DNA of 64,000 nucleotides from Polymyxa betae A26-41. Taxonomy: Eukaryota > Protista > Endomyxa: Phytomyxea. The DNA is taken from positions 236,981 to 300,980 of the forward strand of contig RBZT01000855.1 in the NCBI GenBank assembly GCA_003693705.1, in the 5' to 3' direction. The notes below the pieces were generated by a model, which had not been told where the DNA came from, made no database searches, and saw only the letters and a list, made by a program, of their open reading frames with translations. Position numbers and translations under genes: made by a program. Below, piece by piece: positions 1 to 13,858 of this stretch (positions within the stretch are counted from its first letter, which is position 1; the number at the start of each line of letters is the position of its first letter).

Positions 1-1445
1 AGAAGAGCTCAGTTGAAACCTGTTATCCAAACCGTTGTTCAATCAGGCGTTAAGTTTGTTGATGAGATCAAAATAAAGCCCGTTAAGATCGACTTGATAA
101 CCGTTCTTCGAGAGGTAAGCTCGTTTTGCAGTTCAAAACTACTATTATGTTTCTGATTGTGTCAAGGTATCACAAGGGAAAATATTTGTAGAGTTAGAGC
201 GGGCACGACTTACCCGCATTTTGGCCTCTATTTACGAAGCTGATGGCAAAATCGCGGAAGCGGCTGAAACTCTTCAGGATGTACAAGTTGAGATAATGGG
301 GACTATGGAGAAAAAAGAGAAGGCAGAATTTTTACTGGAACAAATCCGTCTTTCACTGGATAAAAATGACTTCGTTCGTGCTGAGATAATTTGCAAAAAG
401 GTTGGGAAGAAACCGATTCGAAAACATGGAATTAGAACTGAAGTTTGCTGCTTAGGTTAACAAAAGCATCCTTGGCGATGAGCCTGAATTTGAAGAATTA
501 AAATTGAAATTTTACCGGCTTATGGTGCGGTTCTATCTGCACTCCAACCGATATCTTGATATTTGTCAAGCTTATAAGTCCGTTTACGAATCGAAATCGG
601 TTAGCAACTTGTTCCAGAGGCGGAGTGTCATTTATGCTTTCCTATAGATTCAAGCATCCAAGACAGAATGGCAACCCGTTCTTCGTGCATTAACTGTTTA
701 TGCACTTTTGAGCTCTCACAGCCCAGCGCAGGCAAGTTTTTTATTTAACCTAAGAACTGTTTTTAACTAGTCTTAGCTGGATATTTTAAACTGGCTTCGT
801 GCGGAGAAAAACTTGAAAAGTCTGCCATCTTGCAAGTCAGCTGTTGAATTGTTCTGCACTCCTGAACTGATTGGCCGTCCTGTTCCCTACGAAAAGGTTA
901 GATTTTGCAATCTATATGCGTCCATCGTTAACTTTATTTAGGAATGGGCTAGTGAATTCTTTAGCGGTCCTAAAGGTGCTCAAGCCAAAGCTGATCTGGA
1001 CTGCCGTATTATCGAACATGTCAGAATCGCACCTCAGGGCTGTGGATTGAACATTAATTATCTGTAGAACATTAGGCTAATTGCAAAGAACTACACCCGA
1101 ATCTCATTTTCACGATTGGCAACATTGTTGCAGGTTTAATAATGGTTCTACACTAAAATCAATCTGACTCTCTATCAGTTAAGTCCAGAGGCTACAGAGC
1201 AGCATATCTCTGATATGGTTAGTGATAAAGCTGTCTTTGCCAAAATTGATAGGCCCGCGGGTAATGATTTATCATTTTTTCATCAGATTGCCCAAGTTTG
1301 TTTTGTAGGAGTAGTCTCATTCCGACCTGCCACCAAGCCAGATATTGTTCTAAACGAATGGTCTTCGGATATTTCTGACTTACTGTCTCTGGTCGAGAAG
1401 ACGTGTCATCTGATTAACAAGGAGATTATGATATATGGATTGTGA
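1..1445 (+). CDS. PSMD12: 26S proteasome lid subunit Rpn5/PSMD12 (5'-partial, multi-exon)
   Basis: Exons encode GKIFVELERARLTRILASIYEADGKIAEAAETLQDVQVE, RIIEH/NIRLIAKNYTRISFSRLATLL and AKIDRPAG...LNEWSSDISDLLSLVEKTCHLINKE, the PCI domain of Rpn5. ~50-bp GT-AG introns. Confidence 0.93.
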
Positions 1446-1670
1446 TCATAATCCATGATTGATAAGTCAAGTAAACTTTCTTACCTATTTTGTATGCTTG
1501 AAAATGTGAAATGTCACAACGTTGACCGATCAGTAAGATACAGTAGCCAAAGGTTTGTTATTTCGGTGTTTGTAACCATCTTGAACTTTCAACGAAATCC
1601 TACAATCGAAGCAATGCCGACGAAGTGCGTAGCGGGGGTCCATGTCTCTTTGTAAAATCTCTGTTCGTCG

Positions 1671-4600
1671 ATGCTGGATACTCTTAGAGATGCTCTTGAC
1701 AGTCGCCTGCTATCATCTGGTCGAGAAACCGTCGATCAGCTCTCCAGAAATATTTTAAAAGCAGCCAGTCCGGCTGATGCGCATGCAATTGTCGACAGCG
1801 TTTCATTCTTCGCGTTGCATCTGCCTCACAAATATGATTCGCTGACAACTGGTGTTGCCAGACTTATCTTCAACCTAATTTCCAGTGCAATTTTTGTCGA
1901 GGACGATCTAAATCGTTTAATTTCTGTCCATGTATCTATGCTGAATTTAATCAACGATCCGAAGTTGATATCGTCATCGTCGAGTCTACTTGCTCAGCTG
2001 CTTCGCCACATGCCGGTGCTATTAAACTCTTACTCTCTCTGTATCTTCTCTGTAGATTTATCAAGCAATTTTGTTGCTCTCACTGCTGCAATTCACTACG
2101 AGCCGTTCTTAGACAAGTATCGCCTCAAAGTAATTGAGGCATATTGCGATCACATTGTTGGTGGGAAACAGAAAGCGCCTCCGACTGTTTACAAAAATGG
2201 TTTCATTCCGCTGTATTCTACTCTAAATTCAGATGAAATGGACAAACTGGTCGTACCTGTCGTGGACCGGATGCTGAAACGCGCTCAGGGAAGCACCATT
2301 CAAATTATTGTGCCGCTATTCGAGAATCTCAAACTTTTCCCGATTGACAGCTATATTCCGCTGCTGAAATCTGTAATCGGTTTGAATTTACGCTCCCCGG
2401 AGGAGCGTAGAAGGAAGGCTGCTTCTCAATTATTTCGAACATTAACTTTGAAAGCAAGGAATAGCGACCTGCTTCAATCACTGATATCTGAGATTGCAGA
2501 CCATTTAAGTGGGAAGAAGGACGGATTCATTGCAAACATTGAGGAACGACTTAATGTTATCAACGCACTTGGCTCTGTAACCCATTCTCCCATAATACAT
2601 GATGTTGGGGCAAACGTTGTCGCCCTTCTTCAAGAACATTCAAAACGCGAAACTCACGATGAAGGTTTGCTTTTTGGATGCATTTTTTCTGCTACTGTTA
2701 ACGTCTTGTAGGTCGCATTGCTGTTCTTGAGTTGCTTTCGCAATTCGTGCCGCTATTGCCGCTTCCAATTCCAAATGTGCTTGTATCCTATATTGAACAA
2801 ACCATTATAAAGACCGGGACGTCTAAACCTGACACTATTGTTGGGCATTTGATTGTGCTGTTATCCATTATCCGGAAGTCCAAGGACTCGGTTAGTTCAA
2901 ATATGCTCTCGGCTGTCGAGAAGATCTTGAATGAAAATTTCAACAAATCTCAGCTCCGCACTGCATCTCTCGCATGTACCACTGCTAATTATGAGCTTCG
3001 ATTGAGCTAACGTTTTTTTGAAGGTCTGGCAATTTTATGTCAACTGGGCAACGATGAAGTAGTGTCGAAATTTCTTTTAACTGCTGAAGCGTCGTTTGCC
3101 ACGTCATTTAAAAGCATAATTCAAGGTTCTGCCAGAGAATCGTTTTTGCTTGGAACAATCATTAATTCGCTGTTCGCAAATCGTATTGGCGCAGGTGTGT
3201 CTTAATGTTATCCTCATGGGAATTCTCAGTCATGTTTGCTAGTTTGGTCTGCAAACGGTTCTTACCGAAATGTATTTGATGCTATAATTGCATTGTTGGT
3301 GAGACCTGAAAACGCTGTAAACATATCTGCCTTTCACTTGATTCGAGGTATAATCGCTTGTTCCTGCTTCCAGCCACTCTGACACTCCGTCAGATTTTCC
3401 ACAATTAGCTCCTGACATCATTCAATCGTTTTACCGACTGCTCTTCACTAGAATATATCCAGAGAGTGCTACGAAGCCGACTCCGTTTCAGTTATTGGCA
3501 ATACTTCGTTACGTCGCTACTATTCAGTCATTAGATACAGATTCGTTCTTGACTGCTGCTCTTATTTGCCATGTCAGGTTTTTCTGTTTATCTACTGTTA
3601 TGGAGTCTCATTTGATTACAGCATCCGGCCTTACGGAGGTCAGCTCGGGAGAAGATCAACAGCTCGCCTTGGGATCATTTTTATCGGAAACAGTCGAAAA
3701 ACGTGGCTTTGCTGTTTGCTAAAAGCATCGATACCATTGTTGAACTAGTTTTTTCTGGTACATGTTTGCTTGGTTCAGACCAGGACTGCTTTCTTGCTGG
3801 TTCGAATTTCATCGCAACTGTCATCGACACCAGTCCATCGTGCTATGAACCCGTCTTTAATCAATTAAAAAAGCACTTAGACTGCTCGGCTTTGTCAGCC
3901 CTGTCTGAAACAGATCTGGCTATTTTCTCGGTTCCAGATGGACAGGTCTGGTCTTCTGCATTACCTGGTCTATCATCTCTGATTTTGCCAAGATTGCCAA
4001 AGTATCATCATCATCCACCTCCCCTGTCAATGTGACACCAAGAGTTGGGCGCTCTAAGCAGATGTCGGATGAGGAATGGGCCGCTAAAGTAAATCCGTTT
4101 TTGTTGCTTAATCGGCATTTCTAATTGGAAAAGGTCCAATCTGAGATCGATAGCAAGAAAGGGTTAATGAAGAAAGACGAAGAGTTGGTTGAAGTCAAGA
4201 GACAGAACGAAATTCGTGCACGCATTTCTTCGCTGCTTTTGCCTATTCAATGCTCTTTGGAGGCAATTCGGTTTTTGTGCCTCCGGCTGCAAAAGTCGTT
4301 CACCGAAACGATACTGTCTTCTCAGTATTGTTTCCTGTTGGATGCGATCTGCCAATTGGCTCCTTTTTCTTTAATAACTGCCCAAGTCAGACAAACACTT
4401 GCCAGTATTGCTAATACCGGTATTAATCTATTCCCTTTGCTGTTCCTCTTTCGTTTGTCGCTCATTCTTGTTGTATGGATAGGGCTCGAAGGTCGAATTA
4501 GCTCTCAGCATGGCGATCTTATCGCTTACGCTGTTGCTGTTTCATCTCAGTTTGGGTCGAAGACTTTCCAGCACGATTCTCCTGTCCTCAAAACTGTATT

Positions 4601-7600
4601 CGAGATATTCTGCGCTCGTTTCTTTTGTTCTGACCATCGATCAGGTAAGTGATGCTGTCCATGCACTCGTTCAAGGTTCGGTGGAGTCGCGGCTGTTCTC
4701 CGGCTCTACTATTCGCTTTTTAATGCCTCTATTCGAAGCTGCTGCTGCGTGCCTTTCGTTATCTACTTCGATGCAGTGCATTTCAGTGCTGACTGCACAT
4801 TCAACGGTCTCTGATCTCCCTGTGGACCGTGTTTTGGATCTATCATTAGAGATTCTGAAAGTTCCTCGAGGTGCACCGGATGCAAATACGCTTCTTCACG
4901 GTGTCAGTCCCTATTTAAAACCGATCCATATTGACGCTCTTATTGACGATCGTGGTCTGCTTTCTTCAAGTCCTTTTTCTCGCAAGGTTGCTCTTGAAAC
5001 TTTGGCGCTTTCATCATTGCTTCACTCTCCTAATTCTCCAGAGCTGGTTGCAAAACTGTTCTTAATGACCCACGATGACGATGCTGAACAAAATCTAAAA
5101 AGTGATGCCGAGCGTATCTGGCATCAGTTCGGATTCAAGTACATTCCAATTATTCATATTCTGACCCCGCTGCTCTCCCACCCGACTCCTTGGGTCCGTC
5201 GCACTGCTGCTATTAGCTTCGGCTATGCTATTCGCCGGCAAGACGATGCTGATCTGCAGATTGCTTCGCTCTTAAATCTGATCAAAAACAATCCTGATGA
5301 GATGGTCCAATCGCAGTTCGACATTGATGCCCGAGAAATTGGTTTGATGAGTTTCAGTTTTGGCTGTATTCTGCTCACCGTATTCTAGATCGATCTGCAA
5401 CGAGGGTGTCAGCTTTTATTGCTCTTGGTTATGCCGCTCCAGCTCTGTCCCAAGACAGTATAATGAATTCCGTTCAGTAATATTCTGTAGTATCAACTCT
5501 CAGTTCGTGCTTAACAAGTTTTTTCCAGGTTTATTCTTGAAACAGGATTTCTCGATAAAAAACCTGCTGTTTGGAATGCAGCACTGCAAGCTGGATTGTC
5601 AATCATCAGTACAGATCTGGACGCATCGTCTGTCCGTGATCTTCAGTTGCTCCTTGATAAGGGTTTGTCATTGGGTATCGATAGTGGTATGTTGTCCTGT
5701 CGGCAGCTCTTTATACTTTCCTTATCGTTATTCAGTATCCGAAGGCGCTATCGTTCTGATTGGCCGCCTGGCTCAGTTTTTAGATCCGAAAACTGACTCT
5801 GAACAAGTTAAAGCCGTTTTTTCACGCCTGATTGATGCTCTTCGAATTCCGTAAGTTTCTTCACGTGTCCTCTTGTCTTCCTTTGTCATCTTATGGCCAG
5901 GTCGTATTCCGTTCAATGTGCTGTTGCCGAGTGTCTTGTCCCGTTGGCAGGAATGCTTCAGGATGATGAACAGAAGCAAGAAGCGTTCAACCGTTTGATT
6001 GAAACCGTTTCGGGTGGGAAAACCTATGGCGACAGAAAAGGCGCTGCTCTTGGTCTGGCAGGGCTTGTTAAAGGACTTCGGATTTCGAGCTTGAAAAAGT
6101 CATTTTCTGCCACTTTTCGACCGTTTGCTAAAGGATGCCTCAGGTACGGAGTACTGAGCGCCCTCACCACGATGGCGAAGGATAAGCGATCTCATACAAA
6201 GCAAGGTGCCTTGTTCTGTTATGAAGCACTTTTTTCGGCTCTTGGGAAGCGATTCGAGCCATATCTGCCGCATTTGATTCCCGATCTGCTCGCTTCTTTT
6301 GGGGACCCGGTTAGCGAAGTTCGCGAAGCCACTCAAGAGGTGTGCCAACTGCTTGCCATTTTTGACTGTTTAGTGGGTGATGTAATACGTTTTGTTTAGG
6401 CTACTCGTGTCGTTATGGCTCATGTGACAGCTCAGGGTGTCAAGATGATGTTGCCTCATATTCTTAAGGTTTACCGCAACACCGCCTGTGTCTAACCCTA
6501 TATTCAGTGTTCTCAGGCTCTTGACGACGATCAATGGCGAACCAAAGTCGAATCGATTGGTATCTCGTTCTGTTTCTCCTAAATTAAGGTTTGGTGAATG
6601 GGGGATTTCAGGAATGTTGGGCTCAATGGCGTTTTGCGCTCCCCGGCAACTTTGTGCTTTCCTTCCGACTGTTGTACCTCGACTTACTCGCTGTTTGGCC
6701 GATCCACATCCAAAAGTTCAAGAAGGCGGTAAAAAGGCCCTGGCTGAAATTGGTTCAGTGGTCAGTTTTTTTCATTTCGAAGCTGACTCAAATTCAACTG
6801 TTTTCAGATTCGAAACCCAGAAATTCAGTCTTTGGTGCCTTCTTTGTTAGCCGCTTTGATAGATCCGTCTTCTAGCACTCGGGACGCCTTACAACAACTT
6901 CTTGATACTTCGTTCGTCAATTCTGTCGATGCTCCCTCGTTGGCGCTGATCATCCCCATTGTAAAACGAGGCTTACATGACCGATCGCCTTCCGTTAAAC
7001 GAATGGTGATGTCTCGCTTACAGCCGATTTTTTGCTTATATGTTATCGAATTAGGCCGCATTAATTGTCGGTACTATTTGCGAATTCCTTCGCGATGTTT
7101 CTGCGATTTTACCTTACACCAAGTCCCTGCTGGATGATCTACAAAAAGTTCTAATCGATCCCATTCCTGACGTTCGGGCTTCCAGTGCCCGAGCAATGGG
7201 TCTCCTCTTCAAAGGTGTCGGTGAAGTACATTTCCCGAACTTAATCGGTGCGGTAACGACCTCGTTGTGGTATTCATCTAACTGTTGCTTTAGATTGGCT
7301 TCTTCAGATGCTCTACACGAATACCTCCAGTGTTGAAAGAAATGGTGGTGCTCAGGTATTTCACCACAAGTCAGACGCTGTTTCTCTTCTAAGCGCGTTG
7401 TCAGGGTTTAGCTCAGGTGCTCGCAGCACGTGGGCTTTCAGCGCTTTCTGACTATTTGGATGTCATCCTGGAGGGCGCTGGTCATAACGAATCTAATGTA
7501 AGGGAAGCGTATATGGAGATTTGGGTTTATCTTCCAAGGGCCTTTGGCGGCCCGCTTCACATCTATCTGGAAAGGGCTCTGCCAGTTATTATCAATGTAT

Positions 7601-10600
7601 GTGTCTTAGTATTTTCCCAACGTTGCTGTTGGAGTTGCCAAATACGGTTTAGGGTCTTGCAGATGATAAAGAAGCGGTACGCTCCATGTCGCTATCCGCA
7701 GGAAAGTCTTTGATTACTGCTTACGGTGCCGACCATTTCGTTATCTTCCTGCCGTTTTTGCAAGAAAGCTTACGACATGAAGTTTGGCGCGTCCGAGAAC
7801 ACACCTGCGTTCTCATCGGCGACGTTCTCGCCCGAATTTGCGGAGCCCAGGTTTGAACAAAATTTTAAGGCTATGACAACCATTAAGGGCTTTAATTTTT
7901 TGCTTATAGGTCAGCATCGTCGCCAGTGACCATATCGAATTCGATATGGATGACCAGCGAAAGGTTGAAAATGAAGAGGTTGGCATCTCTATGTTTGCGA
8001 CTTCTAGATTATTTTAAGAATGTCTTACAGGCGGTTCTATCTGCACTCGGACGTTCTTCTCGTGATCGCTTGTTTTCTGATCTATTCATTGTCCAAGCTG
8101 ATAGCGCTAGCAATGTTCAGCAGACATCCTGGCTGGTTTGGAAGTCTTTAGTCGCTAACACGAATCGGATGTTGGCGGATATCATGCCCGTCCTAATGGA
8201 AAATGTCATCAAGTCTCTTTCCGACCCCGATTTCGAGCGTCGAACGGCCGCAAGCAAATCTCTTGGATCAATGTCTGTATCGTGCTATTAGTTTTATGCG
8301 ATTGTTTGCTTCTTTGTATGATCACCATTTTTTTGTTCTTTCTGGTATCATTTCCACCATATGCTCAATCTTGCTTTAGGGTTCAACGCAGCGGTGAGAT
8401 TGTTCTCCCCATCATCATCCCTATCTTAGAGGGAGGTTTATCCTCCCCATCTGCTGCAATTCGTCAAGGTGTCTGTTTCGGTATGAGCGAAGTTATGGCG
8501 TCTGCATCTAAAGACAGCATCACTGCCTACATGTCCGCTCTGATTCCGGCAATCCGCTCTGCGCTCTGCGATGAAAGCGAAATGGTTCGTGTTGCGGCCG
8601 CCCGATCGTTTGAAACTTTGGTTCGTAACACTGGTCCACGAGCCGTTGCGGATATTGTTCCCCCGCTCGTCAAAGAACTTTCGGAGGATTTTGCTGTCAA
8701 CTCGCTGCTGATTTTGCAGGGACTACGTCAGGTTCTTCAGGTTCGAAGCAGTCCTGTTTTGAATCATCTCATTCCCGCTGTGGTAAGTCTTTTTCGAGTT
8801 TGCCTTCTGCTTGGCTTATCTTTGAACCAGATTTCGAGACCGATAACACCGTTTTATGCGAAGGCGCTGGCGTCATTATCCGATGTTTATGGGCCAGCTA
8901 TCGATATGCATATCGATACGGTGATGCCTTGGTATCTTGATGGCATTGCCAATACACAGGATCCGAACACATATGAGATATTGGCTGATGCAGCCACTTC
9001 TTTCCTTCTAGGTCTTCATAAAGATGTAAAATAGTCTCTGTCATGCTTACTTTGCCCTAATTCTGGTTTGTAGGCGACCCATTCCGTTGTGCAGTCTCTA
9101 TGCTCGTCGCTGGATGAACGTCGGCGGAATGCATCGACATCACTGATGCTTATTTCTACCAAACTTCTTGGCTCTTTCTGCTCCTCGTCTCAATCCGATT
9201 ACTCTTCTGAGTTGGAGTATGACATTCTACGCTCTTGTATCATGATAATGATTCTTTAAATAGATCTATTTTGGGTTCGCTACTGTCGCTGTTGATCTCT
9301 GCTGAGGACGATCTTCAAAATGCAGCCGCGGAAAGCTTACTTCAGGTGACAACGACGAGCAATAAGGTAATATTTGTTTTTAAAACTGCTGGTTTCCGAC
9401 ATTATGAAAGGATGAGCTCGTCTGTCATCTTGTGTACGTTCGGCAGTCCATCCAACGTTTAGCTCGAGATTGTGCTCGCAAGTCAAAAGCTGAACAGGTT
9501 TGCTATCCAAAGTCGTATTCTTCGATTGTTCATCAGTGAAACAGATTGTGATTCCTGGTCTTTGTCAGCCCTCGGGAATTGCTGCTATCTTGCCGATCTA
9601 TCAGTACGGGTTATTGAATGGTTCACCTGAGCAACGACAGCAAGCGGCTACTGCTCTTGGTGATCTGATCACTTATACCACACCATTTGCTCTCAAGCCT
9701 TACGTCATCAAGATTACTGGTCCGATTCGTTTGTCCCTTTATTTTATCGTTGCTCATGTACTCGATTAGGCCCATTGATCCGTATTGTCGGTGATCGTTT
9801 CCCATCCTCGGTTAAGGCCGCCATTCTGACAACTTTGGGCTTGCTTCTGGACAAAGCGGGACCTTTCATGAAACCATTCGTACCTCAACTTCAAGCGACA
9901 TTCACTAAAAGTCTGAGAGATCCCGATTCGTCCGTCCGCTCGAGTGCTGCACCGGCTCTGGCTTCTCTCTTGGTGTTGGCGCCCAAAAAGGTCGACCCTC
10001 TGGTGCAAGAAATCGTCTCTGCATATTTTGAAGATAATGGGCCGGTCTCATATACGATGGTCTCAGCGTTATGCGCTCTGTTATCTACTGTGGTATGAAG
10101 AGTGCTGTTAATCATATCCATCTTAGGGGTTTTTTAGGGATCCGAGATATCTCCTGAGCTTTATGGTTCTGTACAAGACGCTTTAGTGTCGGCTTTGTCG
10201 AAAGACTCAGATTCTTGTCGATCAACCGCTGCAACTGGGTTAGGACATCTGTCCGGGATTGTATCTGATCCTGAATGTCGCCAGCTGTTTGAGCGCGTTT
10301 CATCTCCTTCGGTATCAAGTGATTGGGAGGTCGATATCGTTCTTGTCTCGTACCAACTCCACTGATAACTTTTAACAGGCGCGTCATGGCTTAGCTTTAG
10401 CTTGTGCTGCTATCATTCGTCGAGCTGGAGCCAAATTGGATGGCAAATCTTGTCTAATGGCGGTGCAATCCTCACTTCGTGATACCGATTCTACTGTCAG
10501 ACAGGCTGGATTAATTATGGGAGCTGCATTTTCGGTTGTATCGCAGGGTGAAACAGTCGATCTTGCTCTGTCTTCAATGATCGACCTTTCACGTGATCGT

Positions 10601-10900
10601 AATGCTGATGTTCGTATGGAATTCTCCAACCAAATCAACTTCCTGGGCAAATCGCATCCGAACGTGCTTCTGACACGAACCGATGTTCTGAACCAAGTCG
10701 TTAATGTTCTGCTTGCGTTGATCAACGATGGCAGTCAATCTGTGTCGTTGGCCTCACAGAATGCATTGGGTCACACTTTGCAGCTTCATCGCGGTCGAAC
10801 TCACACGTTCGATTCTTATCTGAAGACTGTCGATGTCAACACATCGGCAGCGCTGGATAAGTTTGCCAGAAGGTCGCGTCTATTTCGGTCAGCAGCCTGA
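1671..10900 (+). CDS. GCN1: GCN1, HEAT-repeat activator of eIF2-alpha kinase GCN2 (many exons)
   Basis: GCN1 motifs: [105 protein letters not shown] at 1671, stop at 10900. Confidence 0.92.
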
Positions 10901-12040
10901 TCTTCATGAAATAAACTCCAATTAGACTCACCAATCAGTTTCGAAGATTATGATTTTGTTGGTTCACTGATCATTTGACCTAAGTCGATTCTGGTCACAA
11001 TTTTTCAATTCAATGCAGATTTACTGGACTTAGGGTATTTCACTCAGATCCGTGAAACCCTGAAACAAGTAACATATTTTATGACTCCTTGTAAGAAGGG
11101 GTTCAGGTTATGTAGATAGAGCTGTGTTCGAAATTGAGCACCTGATTCACGGTGACTCTCCAAGCACAGACCTTTCAATAGGACACGAACGAATAAACCC
11201 AAGATTTGAATTGAAACCGTACCAGCAAGAGGCAGTAGTCCAAGACCAAGTCTATAGGAAGGGGGAATGGCTCAAGATCTAGTTAATGGGATGCAACACA
11301 GACGACGAAGTCGTTGAAGCAGATAAATCCCTTATAGTTAAATATGGATGGTGCTCTTTAGAGTCTTCTGGTTCGTCGTTCGTTGATAGATGTGGACTGT
11401 GCTGTGTTGTTTTGATCTAATGCTTAGACTTTCATAAGAATCTACCGGTAGCGATTTGCTAATAAAGTAAATTCCTTTTCCCAGCGAGCCTATAACCCAG
11501 CCCGTCAATGGTATGAAGTCTCGTTTGAATGATTGGGCGTATGTTTCTTATGGAAATTGTTTAGACTAGATTCAATGCGGATGGTACCTGTAATTTAATT
11601 TCGGTTCCTGTTCGTTTAGTGCCGAACCATTCCATATATGTTTTGACGTGTACTTGGTTGTGCTGAGAATCGTATTGTTGATATTGCCAACGAGTTGTTG
11701 AAAAGGGTTGTATCAACTGGTCGTCAGGTACCCCGTCATGTAGCTTTGTAGATTACGGCCAACGGCTCTACAAATACGGTCAACAACTGCAAGGTCCGAA
11801 TTGAAGATTTCAGGTCGTTGAACATAATGATGATGTCCTTGAAATGATTGTATTGGTTTCATTTCGTAATACATTCCAGAATTCTTACAATATGTAGGAA
11901 CATGAGCAGTTACCGTCCGGTTGCCAACGACCCTGCTCTAGGGCGCTTCTCGCCTGCTATCCCTGCCGGTGCTGTCGACAGGGACGCTGTCGGCAGAGAT
12001 TCGATACGCAAACGGAAGATTCATCAATTGGCATCGATTC

Positions 12041-12139
12041 TGTAGTAACTGCGCCTGGACTTCACAGCAATTAATTGACCAAAAGGGACAATAACAGCTC
12101 CAAAGCTGTTAGTCCAGGGCTCACTTAAACAGTACTACA
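12041..12139. mobile_element. 99-bp foldback element (MITE- or solo-LTR-like, TG...CA ends)
   Basis: Ends TGTAGTA(A)CTG ... CAGTACTACA. Inner inverted repeat CCTGGACT/AGTCCAGG. Interrupts a reading frame. No TSD seen. Confidence 0.5.
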
Positions 12140-12525
12140 CACGTTGCATCCTGGGCTAGCTTTCGTTGCTGAAGTTGATCTTGCGGAAATTCGAACTTCG
12201 CAGGCCATTTCACAAGCTGCTGGTGCTGATGTGGCGCCACCCTGGTTTGCCGGAGCGATGGCCTTAACGATTGCTTCATTACAAGCGCGTCTTGAAAACA
12301 TTTCGCGCTTTCGCTCAAATCGATTGGTATGCAGCCTCGATTACTATTGTACTCGTTTATTTACGCTTAAATTGACTCAGGAGTTTGCTACACAGAAGCG
12401 TCTTCCGAATGTTATGCCATTTAAAGTTGATGCCGAATTTTCGTACGGCCCTCCTATCCCCGCGATGGATCCGCCCAGGATTCCTGCAAATATTGCTGCC
12501 ATATTTGCCGCTCCTGCTCCAATGA

Positions 12526-12626
12526 AATGAACCCTAAGAATCAAAAGGGGAGGCAAACTAGAGAACTAGAAGAAGACCACAGGAGCAAGACGGAAGAGGA
12601 CAGAACTAAAACGAGAAGACGAAACG
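12526..12626. mobile_element. 101-bp purine-rich insertion flanked by AATGA direct repeats
   Basis: AATGA at 12521-12525 and 12627-12631. Deleting 12526-12631 restores the frame ...APAP-M-TAAELGY... Confidence 0.5.
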
Positions 12627-13858
12627 AATGACCGCAGCCGAATTGGGCTATATCTGCAGATGGTACAATATTACCGCCGATATCGTTCCTGGTGATCTTC
12701 TGCACGAGCAGCGTCGAAAACACTTCAGGATTTACATATTTCCATTGTTCAGTTTCCTTACATACAGTATATGTTTGTAATTGTACCTAACCGACCATGC
12801 CAGGCTCTGAATCCGTCGGGCTACCGTTAAGAGGGATGCCCGGCAACTGATCCTTCCGGGCGATCATTCTGCACACCAAGCAGACGCGATACGCGGATGA
12901 ATGCGATAACGATTTACTCCTGGAGAATCATAGCGATGTGTAGGTCTCACCACCGTCTTCAAACATCTCTATTCCTAATATTCCAAGTTCTGTCTGTCTG
13001 TACATCTCTAGGGTTTAGGAACTTGTCATTATCGCATTAAATATTGTGACAGCGGGTGAGCGTCTCGATGGCAGGATCAGGTGTCGGGCGCCGGGTTGGA
13101 GAGGCGGGTAGGGTTTGGGTGAATCTGTTGTCACCTCTGTCGCGATTCATGTGATCTACATTTGATGCTTCCCTTTAACCTTGGGTAAGAACTGCTTTGG
13201 AAGATATCGTCGATGGAAATCTCTTCCAACTGGCATGAAATGATGATGTGAATTAAGACATAGATTCCATAGGCTGCAATTTGTTCATCTCCCAGATCAA
13301 GTTCCTCTATCCATCGTCCAGATGCGTCATCATAATGAGTTTCGGGGACATGGCTGCAATGGATCTGCTTTCGAGCATGGTCGATTAACAGGACCATATC
13401 GGCGAATCACCAATCGATGTCGCTGATGCATATTGCCCAGATACAGGAGGATTTGGTTGTCTTCAGTCTCGAGCTCTTCAGAGGTTGGATCGACATGCGA
13501 TAACATATCATTTATTATCATGATCTATAGAACTCACAAACTGATAGATGGAATCTACGCCCATTCTTGTATGAACCTGCCCAATCCTTGTCACAGCGCT
13601 TGAAATTTCGATTCAAATCTCGCGAACAGAGATGGTCCGGCAAAGTGATCGTGGCACTCGTCCGGCCCCTGAATTCGTCATTTCCATTTCGTTTGTCGGT
13701 CACACAGCTCACAATTGCATTGAACAACATGGAGCGCTGCTCTGCAGCTACAGACTAACAGCATTGTACCAGTTACAGTCTGTGTAGAAGTTCTGTCCAT
13801 GACCAACTGGCTCATTTCCGAATTCCTGTAAATCGCCTCTCCTAGGTCTTAGGTCACG

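Larger units (their letters stand above)
11902..12780 (+). pseudogene. Mug135/DUF1773-like gene disrupted by two ~100-bp insertions
   Basis: Fragments MSSYRPVANDP...RKRKIHQLAS / LHPG..EVDLAEIRT..APPWFAGAMALTIASLQARLENI / QKRLP...P..IPANI / MTAAELGYICRWYNITADIVPGDLLHEQRRK follow the recalled DUF1773 layout. In-frame intron 12327-12380. Stops lie at the two insertions. Confidence 0.55.

Noticed and set aside
1671-10900. Apparent frameshifts, fragmentation or an alternative genetic code
   Set aside because: The breaks are explained by ~50-bp GT-AG introns under the standard code.
11090-11298. Possible solo LTR (TGTAAG...GCAACA with internal AATAAA)
   Set aside because: No target-site duplication and no second copy in the window.
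13131-13730. Overlapping minus-strand ORFs as a gene or pseudogene
   Set aside because: No consistent splice model or recognisable motif. It may be a degraded fragment but cannot be supported.
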